47,606 nucleotides of DNA from a virus. This document shows positions 7,498 to 15,241 of the stretch, piece by piece. The stretch's first letter is position 1. Every line of letters begins with the position of its first letter. The notes under the pieces are model-generated. The model did not search any database and was not told the DNA's origin. It worked only from the letters and a program-made list of their open reading frames with translations. Position numbers and translations under genes: made by a program. The stretch lies in the IMG/VR virus record IMGVR_UViG_3300045988_152054. One strand, given 5' to 3'.

Positions 7498-8466
7498 TTA
7501 ACTAATTTTCTTTTTCTCTAACTTTTCCAACTTGCTAATGACTTGTTTTATTGTTAGGCATACATTTGCCCTATGTATGCCTAATCTTCTCGCCGTTTCA
7601 GCCTGTGTTAGTCCTTCAATGAATACTAGTTCAATTACACTTCTTTGACGTGCTGTAAGGCAATTTAAATCTATTGTGGCTACATCTATAAATCTATTCT
7701 TATTTCGATGTATTGAATTATCTTTTTTATTTTCACCTTCAAGTATTCTTCTTAGGTTTTTTAATGCTGATATTTCTACTCTTGATATATGTGATTGATA
7801 GTCATTTAGTAGTACTGCTATTTCTGATTGTGTTTTTCCTTCGAAAAATTTCATCTCTATTACTGTTTTTTCCAATTTTGAAAGTTTTTTCATAGCGTTT
7901 AATAGATCTATTTCGGAAATTATTTTGTCCTCTGATATGCTTATATCTCTTATCGTTTCTGAATAGGTAATTTTTCTTTCATTTGGGCATAATTTTATCG
8001 GACTATCCATAGGAATTTTGCCCTCCATAAGGTGTAGCGTCTTTGTAATTTCTTGTATTGTTACTCCCATAATTTCTGATAATTCTTTTAATGTAGGCTC
8101 TCTTTGTAGGCTTTCAAATTTTTTTCTAATTTGCTTGATTTGTTTGTATTGGTCGTAATTTCTTCGTGGTATCCTGAAAGGTACATCATCTCTATTGTCT
8201 CTAAATTCTTTCAGTATCTTACCCACTATGTTTGTCGTTGCATAAGTTGAAAATTTCACATTTAATGTTGGGTCATAATTTTGTATTGAATATAATAATC
8301 CTAGACTTCCAACTTGCATCGCATCGTCAAAGCTTATTGCTTTACCTTTATATTTTTTTGCTTGCGCAATAACAAGTCCCATGTTATTTTCAACGATGTT
8401 TGTTATTGCCATTCTATCACCATTTTGAGCTTTTCTAAACAATTCAACATTTTTATCAATAATCAT
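7498..8466 (-). CDS. Sigma-70 family RNA polymerase sigma factor (group 3, SigF/SigG/FliA-like) with an extra C-terminal region-4-like HTH
   Basis: Region 2 is GLVIAQAKKY..GSLGLLYSIQNYDP..KFSTYATTNIVGKI. Region 4 is LSKLEKTVIEMKFFEGKTQSEIAVLL..SHISRVEISALKNLR. A second region-4-like unit follows: LTARQRSVIELVFIEGLTQAETARRLGIHRANVCLTIKQ (aa ~262-316). Confidence 0.8.
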   Translation of the reverse strand: MIIDKNVELFRKAQNGDRMAITNIVENNMGLVIAQAKKYKGKAISFDDAMQVGSLGLLYSIQNYDPTLNVKFSTYATTNIVGKILKEFRDNRDDVPFRIPRRNYDQYKQIKQIRKKFESLQREPTLKELSEIMGVTIQEITKTLHLMEGKIPMDSPIKLCPNERKITYSETIRDISISEDKIISEIDLLNAMKKLSKLEKTVIEMKFFEGKTQSEIAVLLNDYQSHISRVEISALKNLRRILEGENKKDNSIHRNKNRFIDVATIDLNCLTARQRSVIELVFIEGLTQAETARRLGIHRANVCLTIKQVISKLEKLEKKKIS

Positions 8467-8485
8467 AATTACTCCCCCCTACGGA

Positions 8486-8503
8486 CCAGGGGAATTCCCC
8501 TGG
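8486..8503. repeat. Perfect 18-bp G+C-rich palindrome ccaggggaattcccctgg upstream of the sigma gene
   Basis: Seen directly in the sequence. It lies between the replisome-organizer stop and the sigma factor RBS, and no U-tract follows on the minus strand. Confidence 0.8.
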
Positions 8504-8541
8504 AATATATTAAAAGCAATTGCATATAATATTCATATAAT

Positions 8542-9393
8542 TTAATTTTCTTTTTTTGAGCTCAAATATCTAAAGTATTTAACCTTATCAGCAATGATAG
8601 GGTTATTTGGTTTTTCTCTCATTTCTTGTTCCCATACAATAACTAAATTCTCTGGAGATGTTATTAATCTAAATTTATAATCTTCCTTCATTGCTTTTAT
8701 AAGGTAACCTACTTTATTTTCTATATTTTTAGAGTCCGTTGTTATAATTAATTTTTCTGATAAATAATACATATCTTTATTAGTTTTTAAAAATTCATTT
8801 GTAATAGTATTTATATCTTTTTCATTTAAATAAGGCATATATAATCTAACTTTACCAGCAACATCTTCTATATTTATCTTTTGTTGTTGCTCTAATTCTG
8901 TCTTTAGTTCTGTCTTTATCTCTAAATCTATCTCTTGCTCTATCTCTTGCTCTATCTCTGTCTCTGGTGTAGTTTTGTCTGGACATTGTCCGGACATTTG
9001 TCCCAATCTTAGTTTTTCATCTTCAATTCTTTTCCTATAATTTCTTTTTCTGTCAGCTTCAGTCGTTGATTTTCCAATAAAATCTTGAATATCTAACATA
9101 TATATTGCTCCATTATCAAGTATTTCTATTAATCCTAATTCCAGGAAAATTTTTAATGCTTTCTCAATAACACCCACCGGAAATCTGGTAATATTTGCTA
9201 ACATCGTGGAATTATATGGAATCCTATCATTGAATAATAACTTCCCTTCATTTTTTAAACTTCTAAGATAAAGTTTTAAAAGTATATTAGAATACATATA
9301 TCCATCTGGCATACTTTCAAGCATTATCATTTCATCTCTATCATAAAAATTATCTACTAACCTTAGATAATAATATTTTTTGTTGTCAGCCAA
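8542..9393 (-). CDS. Phage replisome organizer (N-terminal domain family)
   Basis: The N-terminus is MADNKKYYYLRLVDNFYDRDEMIMLESMPDGYMYSNILLKLYLRS, typical of replisome organizers of Firmicute phages. Confidence 0.7.
   Translation of the reverse strand: MADNKKYYYLRLVDNFYDRDEMIMLESMPDGYMYSNILLKLYLRSLKNEGKLLFNDRIPYNSTMLANITRFPVGVIEKALKIFLELGLIEILDNGAIYMLDIQDFIGKSTTEADRKRNYRKRIEDEKLRLGQMSGQCPDKTTPETEIEQEIEQEIDLEIKTELKTELEQQQKINIEDVAGKVRLYMPYLNEKDINTITNEFLKTNKDMYYLSEKLIITTDSKNIENKVGYLIKAMKEDYKFRLITSPENLVIVWEQEMREKPNNPIIADKVKYFRYLSSKKEN
8896..9003. repeat. Iteron-like direct repeats and tandem near-palindromes inside the replisome organizer gene (candidate ori)
   Basis: ttctgtcttta occurs twice (8896, 8908). 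tctatctcttgc occurs three times in tandem (8927, 8939, 8951, the last degenerate). ggacattgtcc / ggacatttgtcc lie at 8981 and 8992. Confidence 0.45.
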
Positions 9394-9405
9394 TTTATAT
9401 CACCT

Positions 9406-9996
9406 CTACTTTTTAACTTTAGCTTCTAATCTTTTACACACTCCGTCATATTGTGATTTTTTTAGTTCTTTTGGTTCTACTCCAAATTCTTTTAAAACTT
9501 GAGACTTTATCTTCTCACTTGATATTCCGACATTATTGCCTAATGTATAAAGTCTCTTAAGCTGTTTTTCAGTTATTCTATAATCGTTACTTTGTTTCTG
9601 TGGTCCTTTAGACTCAAATACGACTGTTCCAAAACCATCACTTGACTGTTTAATTGATGCTTGTTGCAATTGTGCATTTGCTACCTCTTCCTTACTTGCC
9701 ACGCTCTTTTTAATTTCAAATCCTAATATTGCTAATGCTCTTCCAACGGCACTTGTTTCACAGTTTTCTAAAGCTGATGTTTTATTTATAAATGAAGATC
9801 CTTCTTTTTCGTAAGCATATCCAGTAGAAGCCGGAACTTCTGAATTATCTCTGTAAGCTGTTGCTTTCATAACTATTACTTCATTTTCCCATTTAACTAT
9901 TTCTGTTAGTATTCTACCTTCTGGATACTTTTCATAAAATTTCATAATCCTAACATTTACTTCTACATAATCCTTTAAACCTGACTCTTTTCCCAC
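9406..9996 (-). CDS. Rad52/Sak-like single-strand annealing protein (putative)
   Basis: ..ALENCETSAVGRALAILGFEI.. resembles the Rad52-family xAVxxxxxRALxxxG motif. It sits next to the replisome organizer. Confidence 0.5.
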   Translation of the reverse strand: MGKESGLKDYVEVNVRIMKFYEKYPEGRILTEIVKWENEVIVMKATAYRDNSEVPASTGYAYEKEGSSFINKTSALENCETSAVGRALAILGFEIKKSVASKEEVANAQLQQASIKQSSDGFGTVVFESKGPQKQSNDYRITEKQLKRLYTLGNNVGISSEKIKSQVLKEFGVEPKELKKSQYDGVCKRLEAKVKK

Positions 9997-10268
9997 TTTT
10001 CGTTCCCCCTTTCTTGCTTTATGAAGTCCTTAAAAGCTTGTACATATGCTTTATCATATTCTGATAAAGGACTGTTTTCTTTTGAGTACTGTTTTATATA
10101 CTCTTCCAGTTCTTCTATCGGTTTATGACTTTCTAAGCAATGACCACAACCATCTAAATATCCCCATTTACTATCACAGTTGCAATCATAAGGGCTTAAT
10201 AACATAGCATACATTAATCTATTTTCAAAGGTCGGTTCTTCAGAGAAAAAACAATCCCATATTTTCAT
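9975..10268 (-). CDS. Hypothetical protein
   Basis: 97-aa ORF in the operon, Cys-containing. Confidence 0.5.
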   Translation of the reverse strand: MKIWDCFFSEEPTFENRLMYAMLLSPYDCNCDSKWGYLDGCGHCLESHKPIEELEEYIKQYSKENSPLSEYDKAYVQAFKDFIKQERGNEKWEKSQV

Positions 10269-10342
10269 TTACTCTCCCTCTTTATCTATGGTATAATTAA
10301 TTTAATATCAATTTCCATTGGTCCTATTTTATAGGGCCTTTT

Positions 10343-10648
10343 TTATATTCCCATGTAAGCATCTGCTCTATTTTCTCTTTCATCTTCATCTGCTTCCTCA
10401 AGGTCCCTTACTTCTTCTTGCATCATTTCATCAATTTCTTGTAATATTTCTTTTAGGTCCTTTATTTCATATGCAACTCTAATTTTAGATGCTCTCCAGT
10501 ACTCATAATTACAAGCAACTTGTAAATCGTTTGTACTATATCTATCTTTATATAGTTTTATTTGGCTATCACATAGTTCCATGAAACTCTCACATGCTGT
10601 AATCTTATTTTGTATGCTTTCTCTAACTTCATCTAATATCCAGTTCAT
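10343..10648 (-). CDS. Hypothetical acidic protein
   Basis: 101-aa ORF with an acidic C-terminus. Confidence 0.5.
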   Translation of the reverse strand: MNWILDEVRESIQNKITACESFMELCDSQIKLYKDRYSTNDLQVACNYEYWRASKIRVAYEIKDLKEILQEIDEMMQEEVRDLEEADEDERENRADAYMGI

Positions 10649-10649
10649 A

Positions 10650-10796
10650 TTAATCCCTCTTATCCTCTAAGTTGTATATCTTTTCTTCAATTTTCTTAAT
10701 GATTTCTTCTAATTTAATGTTCTTTTCTCTTTCTGCTAGGGCAATTCTCTGCCAGTACTCTATTTGGCTTTGTAAATGTTTAATATAGTCTTGCAT
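10650..10796 (-). CDS. Possible small coiled-coil ORF (48 aa)
   Basis: ATG at 10796. MQDYIKHLQSQIEYWQRIALAEREKN... with a TAATATG junction to the next gene. Confidence 0.4.
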   Translation of the reverse strand: MQDYIKHLQSQIEYWQRIALAEREKNIKLEEIIKKIEEKIYNLEDKRD

Positions 10797-10811
10797 TATA
10801 TAAACCCCCCT

Positions 10812-11537
10812 TTAATATTCAAAACTTAATTGACCATTCAATCCTTGTATGGCATACACTAACATCTCACTAGGTTTCCAATTTTCTATATATTTAAGTG
10901 CATCATCATATTTTTTTTGGGCAATATTTTTATAACTGTTAACCTTGAATGAAGTTTTTAAATCTCTATAAAATTCTGCAAATAGTTTTTTGCTTAGTTT
11001 CTTGTATGCTCCTGTATGTTTTCCACCTAGTAAATATACAGCTCTTGTACTTATTGCATTTCTTAGATTTTCTGCTAACTCATAGTCTATTGTCATCTTA
11101 TTTTCTATACCAGTTACTCTTTTTTCTATTTCCTGTTGTTTCTTATCCAACATTAATATTGATCTTAATATGCCTTTGTATGGATCTTCTATCATTTCAT
11201 TAAATTTTTTAACATATCTAGCAGTAAATACTATCCCTTTTTCTCCAGTCATTTTATTAGCTAACATATCGCAGCCTAATTTAGTACATTCATAACAAAC
11301 TTTTTCTCTATTCATACTATCTTTATAACTTGATTTTATGAAATATGAGATACTGCCCATTTGGGCTTTATCTAATGTAGGTATAATTCCTATATGAGTT
11401 TTATCTCCTTCTATCATTCTTAAAACTTTAGCATGTTCAACTCCCATCATTTCTGCTACTTCATAACTAGGTATTGTTTGTACTGCTTGTCCTTCATTAT
11501 TTTTTAAAACTTTGTAACTGCTATATAAATCTGACAT
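10812..11537 (-). CDS. Rha-family phage regulatory protein / antirepressor
   Basis: ..IPSYEVAEMMGVEHAKVLRMIEG.. and ..LGCDMLANKMTGEKG.. are typical of Phage_pRha. Confidence 0.7.
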   Translation of the reverse strand: MSDLYSSYKVLKNNEGQAVQTIPSYEVAEMMGVEHAKVLRMIEGDKTHIGIIPTLDKAQMGSISYFIKSSYKDSMNREKVCYECTKLGCDMLANKMTGEKGIVFTARYVKKFNEMIEDPYKGILRSILMLDKKQQEIEKRVTGIENKMTIDYELAENLRNAISTRAVYLLGGKHTGAYKKLSKKLFAEFYRDLKTSFKVNSYKNIAQKKYDDALKYIENWKPSEMLVYAIQGLNGQLSFEY

Positions 11538-11540
11538 TTA

Positions 11541-11666
11541 CTATTCCCCCTTATTTATTTTTCTTAATACCATATCTTGAAATTTAAAATATTCTTCCCA
11601 ATCATTTTCTGCCTCACCTGTTCTTATAAGATTACAATAAATCTTAAGTATCCAAGTTACTGACAT
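11541..11666 (-). CDS. Possible small ORF (41 aa)
   Basis: Strong RBS GGGGGGAG 6 nt before the ATG at 11666. No recognisable motif. Confidence 0.35.
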   Translation of the reverse strand: MSVTWILKIYCNLIRTGEAENDWEEYFKFQDMVLRKINKGE

Positions 11667-11682
11667 TTATTACTCCCCCCTT

Positions 11683-11871
11683 TTAATCCATTTGGTCCAA
11701 CCAATTTAAAAATGATTCTGTTGGAATTTTATATCTATTTCCTATTTTTATTACTTTGAACAGATCTCCAGTAGCCAGTGCTTGTCTTACTAAGTTGTAA
11801 GCTGTTTTTTGAGATATTTGTAGTATGCTTTGAATTTCCTTGACAGTAAGGACTTTCTTATTGTATTTCAT
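11683..11871 (-). CDS. Excisionase-family (MerR-like) helix-turn-helix DNA-binding protein
   Basis: LTVKEIQSILQISQKTAYNLVRQ...KIGNRYKIPTESFLNWL. Confidence 0.6.
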   Translation of the reverse strand: MKYNKKVLTVKEIQSILQISQKTAYNLVRQALATGDLFKVIKIGNRYKIPTESFLNWLDQMD

Positions 11872-11888
11872 TTTTTTATCCCCCTTGT

Positions 11889-12499
11889 TTAATCAATATA
11901 TTTCCATACCATCTTTTCTCCTGTAATTGGATGTTTACCTGCGGATTTTCTATCTCCCCTACAACATGCACTAATCCCAGAAGTTTTTATATTATACTTT
12001 TCTTCTACTTCTTCTATATAACTAAATATCTCTCCAGTAGTTATACATAATATTTTTCTAGCTCTCGGATTTTTATTTCCTTTTATTGATTTACTTATAT
12101 TTTTTTATGTTTTTCTGATAATTTTTTGTTCTTTATTTTTTCACTTGATTTTAATGATTTACTCAAATTCTTGTTGTGATTTTTATAGTTACAGTTATAT
12201 CTATGGGTACACCATTCTAAATTATTTGCTAAATTATTAAGTTTATTTTCATCTTTATGATTAATGCAAGGATAATTATTAGGATTTTTTATAAATACCA
12301 TTGCAACCAATCTATGAACTAAAAAAATTTTTCTTTGATTTTCTTTGCTAAGAGATACTATTTTATAACCTGAGCCACTAATTCCTTGACTCAAAATTTT
12401 AATTTTATTAAACTTTAGACTCTTAACTCTACCTAGATTAGAAACTTGATATAAACCTTCATAACCTTCAATATCTTTCCATATTTCTATATTAACCAC
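11889..12499 (-). pseudogene. Free-standing NUMOD4/HNH_3 homing endonuclease split by a frameshift at an A7 run
   Basis: The N-terminal ORF 12095-12499 (IWKDIEGYEGLYQVSNLGRVKS..INHKDENKLNN..LEWC) stops right after the A7 tract (12100-12106). The -1 frame continues ..NISKSIKGNKNPRARKILCITTGEIFSYIEEV..GISACCRGDRKSAGKHPITGEKMVWKYID to 11889, the usual C-terminal module of this family. Confidence 0.7.
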
Positions 12500-12568
12500 A
12501 CTCCCTTAACAGTTAAAACTTTCTTCATATCCCATCATCCCCCTAATGTTTTTTGTTAGCTTAATATG

Positions 12569-12799
12569 TTATGCTTCTTTATGAAGCACTTTTGGATAAA
12601 AAAATAAGTCATCCATTGTTATTTGTGGTTCATATTGCTTGAAAAATATTGTTATTGAAACCATTTCACTTCTTGTGAATTCAGCTCTGACATTATTTTC
12701 TTTATTGCAATATGTCGGCAATTTTATATTTAATAAATCAGCTAATACCCTTTGAGGTATTTTGTATTTTGCTCTAAATCCAGCAACATTGTTTGGCAT
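12569..12799 (-). CDS. Cro-like XRE-family HTH regulator
   Basis: It is divergent from the cI-like gene across an operator-containing gap. HTH is PQRVLADLLNIKLPTYCNKE. Confidence 0.6.
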   Translation of the reverse strand: MPNNVAGFRAKYKIPQRVLADLLNIKLPTYCNKENNVRAEFTRSEMVSITIFFKQYEPQITMDDLFFYPKVLHKEA

Positions 12800-12827
12800 T
12801 TATATAACCTCCTTTAATTTGTTCTAG

Positions 12828-12921
12828 CTTCATATTGAAGTTTATACTTATATATTAATGCTTCATATTGAAGTTGTCAATATTATTTTTAATTTTTTTC
12901 GAAAAAATATTCATATTGAAG
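12828..12921. promoter_or_regulatory. Genetic-switch region with three copies of a 13-bp palindromic operator cttcaTATtgaag
   Basis: Copies lie at 12828-12840, 12861-12873 and 12909-12921 (the last is attcatattgaag). All sit between the divergent cro-like and cI-like genes. Confidence 0.75.
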
Positions 12922-12979
12922 CTATAACTTTCATATAATTATTAATTATGGTATATTTGAAGTAATGGGAGGTGTTGAT

Positions 12980-13309
12980 ATGACTAGCTTTGGTGATAGG
13001 CTTCAATTTTTAATAAAAAGTAATGGTATTACTCAAAAAGACTTAGCTGATACGTTAAATGTAAAGCGTGGATCTGTTTCAAACTGGGTAACAAATAGGA
13101 GGTTTCCTGATGCCGAGACATTAATAAAAATAGCTGACTACTTTCATGTAACAATAGATTTTCTGCTAAGAGGGGCTGATGAATATTTAAATAAAGAATA
13201 TGATGAAATAAGTAGTTTATATAAAAAGTATTCAGATTTAAGTGAAGACGATAAAGAATTAATTGATACTATGATTCAAACTATGATAAAAAAAAGAAAA
13301 GACAAATAA
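12980..13309 (+). CDS. cI-like XRE-family repressor
   Basis: HTH is ITQKDLADTLNVKRGSVSNWVTNRRFP. I take the ATG at 12980, 7 nt after GGGAGGTG (the track ORF begins at 12965). Confidence 0.7.
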   Translation: MTSFGDRLQFLIKSNGITQKDLADTLNVKRGSVSNWVTNRRFPDAETLIKIADYFHVTIDFLLRGADEYLNKEYDEISSLYKKYSDLSEDDKELIDTMIQTMIKKRKDK

Positions 13310-13310
13310 A

Positions 13311-13418
13311 TTACTTTACTTGTCTTAGTTCATTAATTTTATCAATTATTTTTTTATAATCATCTTTGTTTTTCTTTTTTATCTTCAATACTTTTTCAAT
13401 AAACTCTTCTTTTTTCAT
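13311..13418 (-). CDS. Possible small basic ORF (35 aa)
   Basis: RBS AGGGGAGA, ATG at 13418. MKKEEFIEKVLKIKKKNKDDYKKIIDKINELRQVK, convergent with the cI-like gene. Confidence 0.3.
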   Translation of the reverse strand: MKKEEFIEKVLKIKKKNKDDYKKIIDKINELRQVK

Positions 13419-13498
13419 TGTCTCTCCCCTTTCTAATAAAATTGTAGCAGAAAAAATATCACTATCAGCGATATTTACGACTTAAACTGACATAATAA

Positions 13499-13518
13499 TA
13501 AAAACTGTGGATTAATCA
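13499..13518. repeat. Left copy of a perfect 20-bp inverted repeat (taaaaactgtggattaatca)
   Basis: It is the exact reverse complement of 15163-15182 and lies just upstream of the XRE-integrase pair. Confidence 0.9.
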
Positions 13519-13526
13519 AATATATT

Positions 13527-13766
13527 TTGAAAGGTGAAATAATTTTGATTAAAACAGCAAGAAAAAAACATAAATTAACACAAAAGGAACTCGCAGAACG
13601 TTGTAATTTGTCGCAAAGTTTTCTGAGTGAATTAGAAAATAAGCATAATAAAAAGAATGTAACTATCAAGCAAATAGTAAAATTAGCAAATATATTAAAA
13701 ATAAATCATCATGAATTGGCATGTTGGTTTATAGACAAGGAATTAGGGGTGTTTGAAGTTGGATAA
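13527..13766 (+). CDS. XRE-family HTH protein co-oriented and overlapping with the integrase gene
   Basis: LTQKELAERCNLSQSFLSELENKHNK. TTG start is uncertain (13527 or 13545). It overlaps the int start by 14 nt. Confidence 0.6.
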   Translation: MKGEIILIKTARKKHKLTQKELAERCNLSQSFLSELENKHNKKNVTIKQIVKLANILKINHHELACWFIDKELGVFEVG

Positions 13767-14895
13767 TATCAAGAGTACTTTTATAAGAAAAAGAAATAAT
13801 AACTACAATGTTATAGTTGAATACTATGACGAAGCTGGCAAAATAAAACAAAAAAGTATTGCTAAATACGGATTAAAGAAAAAAGCAGAAAGGCATCTAA
13901 TAGAACTAAAAGCAGAAATACAAAATGAGAAATATATGTTTAGTAATGATATAACTGTTACTGATAGATGCTACAGATATATTAATGAAAATAAACGTGA
14001 TTGGTCGCCTTATACAGTAAAAAATAGATTAAGTTGGGTAAAATTAAATGTAGCTCCATTTTTCAAAGATACTAAAATGGAAAACTTAACAATTCACCAA
14101 ATTCAAAGATATTTAAATTATCTTTATGAAAATTTTACTGTTGAAAGTGCTAAAACAAGATTTGGTTTTTTTAGGTCAGTAGTAAAAGAATGCTATAGAA
14201 TGAAAGAAATAAAAGAAAATTTATGTGACTTTGTAAAAAGCCCTAAAAAAGAGGCTTCAAGTATAGCTGATGTTTATACAAGGGAAGAAATTTTACAACT
14301 CTTTAAATTGTTAGAAGATAAGCATTTTGAACTTCCAATTTTACTTATAGTACTTTTAGGACTTAGAAAAGGTGAAGCATACGGACTTACATGGGATGAT
14401 ATTGATTTTGATAACAACACAGTTAAAATAGAACAAATTTCTATTTATCTAGACGGAAGTTTAATTTTTAAATCTCCTAAAACAACTGATAGTAAAAGAT
14501 TATTATCTGTTCCGATTGAGCTCATGGATAAGCTAAAAAAGGAAAAGCTAAAACAAAATGAATTAAAACTTCAAGGTGTTTTAGAAAATAAATATAATTT
14601 GGTTTGCTTAAATAAAGAATTAAAACCATATAAAAATGATGATTTAAATAGATACTATCGAAAGTTTTGCAAAGAAAATAATTTTAGACAGTTAAGAATA
14701 CATGATTTAAGACATACTAATGCAACATTATTATTATTATCTGGTACAGATATGAAAACTGTATCTGGAAGGTTAGGACATACAGATATCAAAATAACAA
14801 TGAATAAATATAGTCATGTATTAGAAGAAATGGATAGAAAGGCAAGTGAAAATCTTAGCAATATATTATTTAACCAAAAGTCAACAGGTAATTAA
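13753..14895 (+). CDS. int: Tyrosine site-specific integrase
   Basis: N-terminal arm-binding-like NNYNVIVEYYDEAGKIKQKSI. Catalytic region ..LRKGEAYGL..HDLRHTNATLLL..GHTDIKITMNKYSHV (R, HxxR, H, Y). Confidence 0.9.
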   Translation: MKLDNIKSTFIRKRNNNYNVIVEYYDEAGKIKQKSIAKYGLKKKAERHLIELKAEIQNEKYMFSNDITVTDRCYRYINENKRDWSPYTVKNRLSWVKLNVAPFFKDTKMENLTIHQIQRYLNYLYENFTVESAKTRFGFFRSVVKECYRMKEIKENLCDFVKSPKKEASSIADVYTREEILQLFKLLEDKHFELPILLIVLLGLRKGEAYGLTWDDIDFDNNTVKIEQISIYLDGSLIFKSPKTTDSKRLLSVPIELMDKLKKEKLKQNELKLQGVLENKYNLVCLNKELKPYKNDDLNRYYRKFCKENNFRQLRIHDLRHTNATLLLLSGTDMKTVSGRLGHTDIKITMNKYSHVLEEMDRKASENLSNILFNQKSTGN

Positions 14896-15162
14896 TGTAA
14901 GTCTTATTTTGTGGCAGTCAATTTGTCAGTTTTATAAAAATGTCAGCTAAAAATCAAGTCAAATGTATAGCAAATAATATCAATATATATTAAGAAGAGT
15001 AAGCAGTATACACATTTATATAAATATATATTACTGCTTACTTATACTTAATTACTCATATACTGAGTACTTCTATATGTATAAAAGTGTGTATTTTTAA
15101 AGTGTACGCTTGGTTGATTCATAACTTTTGTCAGTTTTAAGTCAGTAAGCATAAAAAACTAA
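14896..15162. other. Candidate attP region
   Basis: Non-coding DNA directly after int. ttgtcagtttta occurs twice (14923-14934, 15128-15139) along with further gtcag motifs. There is an 11-bp inverted repeat agtaagcagta/tactgcttact (14998-15008 / 15032-15042) and tactca-N5-tgagta. Confidence 0.45.
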
Positions 15163-15182
15163 TGATTAATCCACAGTTTTTA
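15163..15182. repeat. Right copy of the perfect 20-bp inverted repeat (tgattaatccacagttttta), followed by a perfect DnaA-box consensus TTATCCACA at 15188-15196
   Basis: Seen directly in the sequence. Confidence 0.9.
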
Positions 15183-15241
15183 AGAAGTTATCCACAACTT
15201 ATTTTATGATATAATTAAAATAAAAAATGGGGGTATACTTT

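Noticed and set aside
10320-10344. Hairpin ggtccta-N5-tagggcc followed by T6, which is terminator-like only on the plus strand, inside the minus-strand early operon
   Set aside because: No plus-strand gene or promoter upstream is evident. It abuts the stop of ORF 10343-10648 and may be fortuitous or a weak antisense insulator. Evidence is insufficient to call a feature.
13475-13669. 64-aa minus-strand ORF overlapping the XRE gene start
   Set aside because: It is antisense to a well-supported HTH gene and its promoter, has a hydrophobic low-complexity translation and has no RBS.
14896-15226. tRNA or tRNA fragment at attP
   Set aside because: No G+C-rich acceptor or T-arm-like sequence (for example GGTTCGAATCC-type) is visible. 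The region is almost pure AT.
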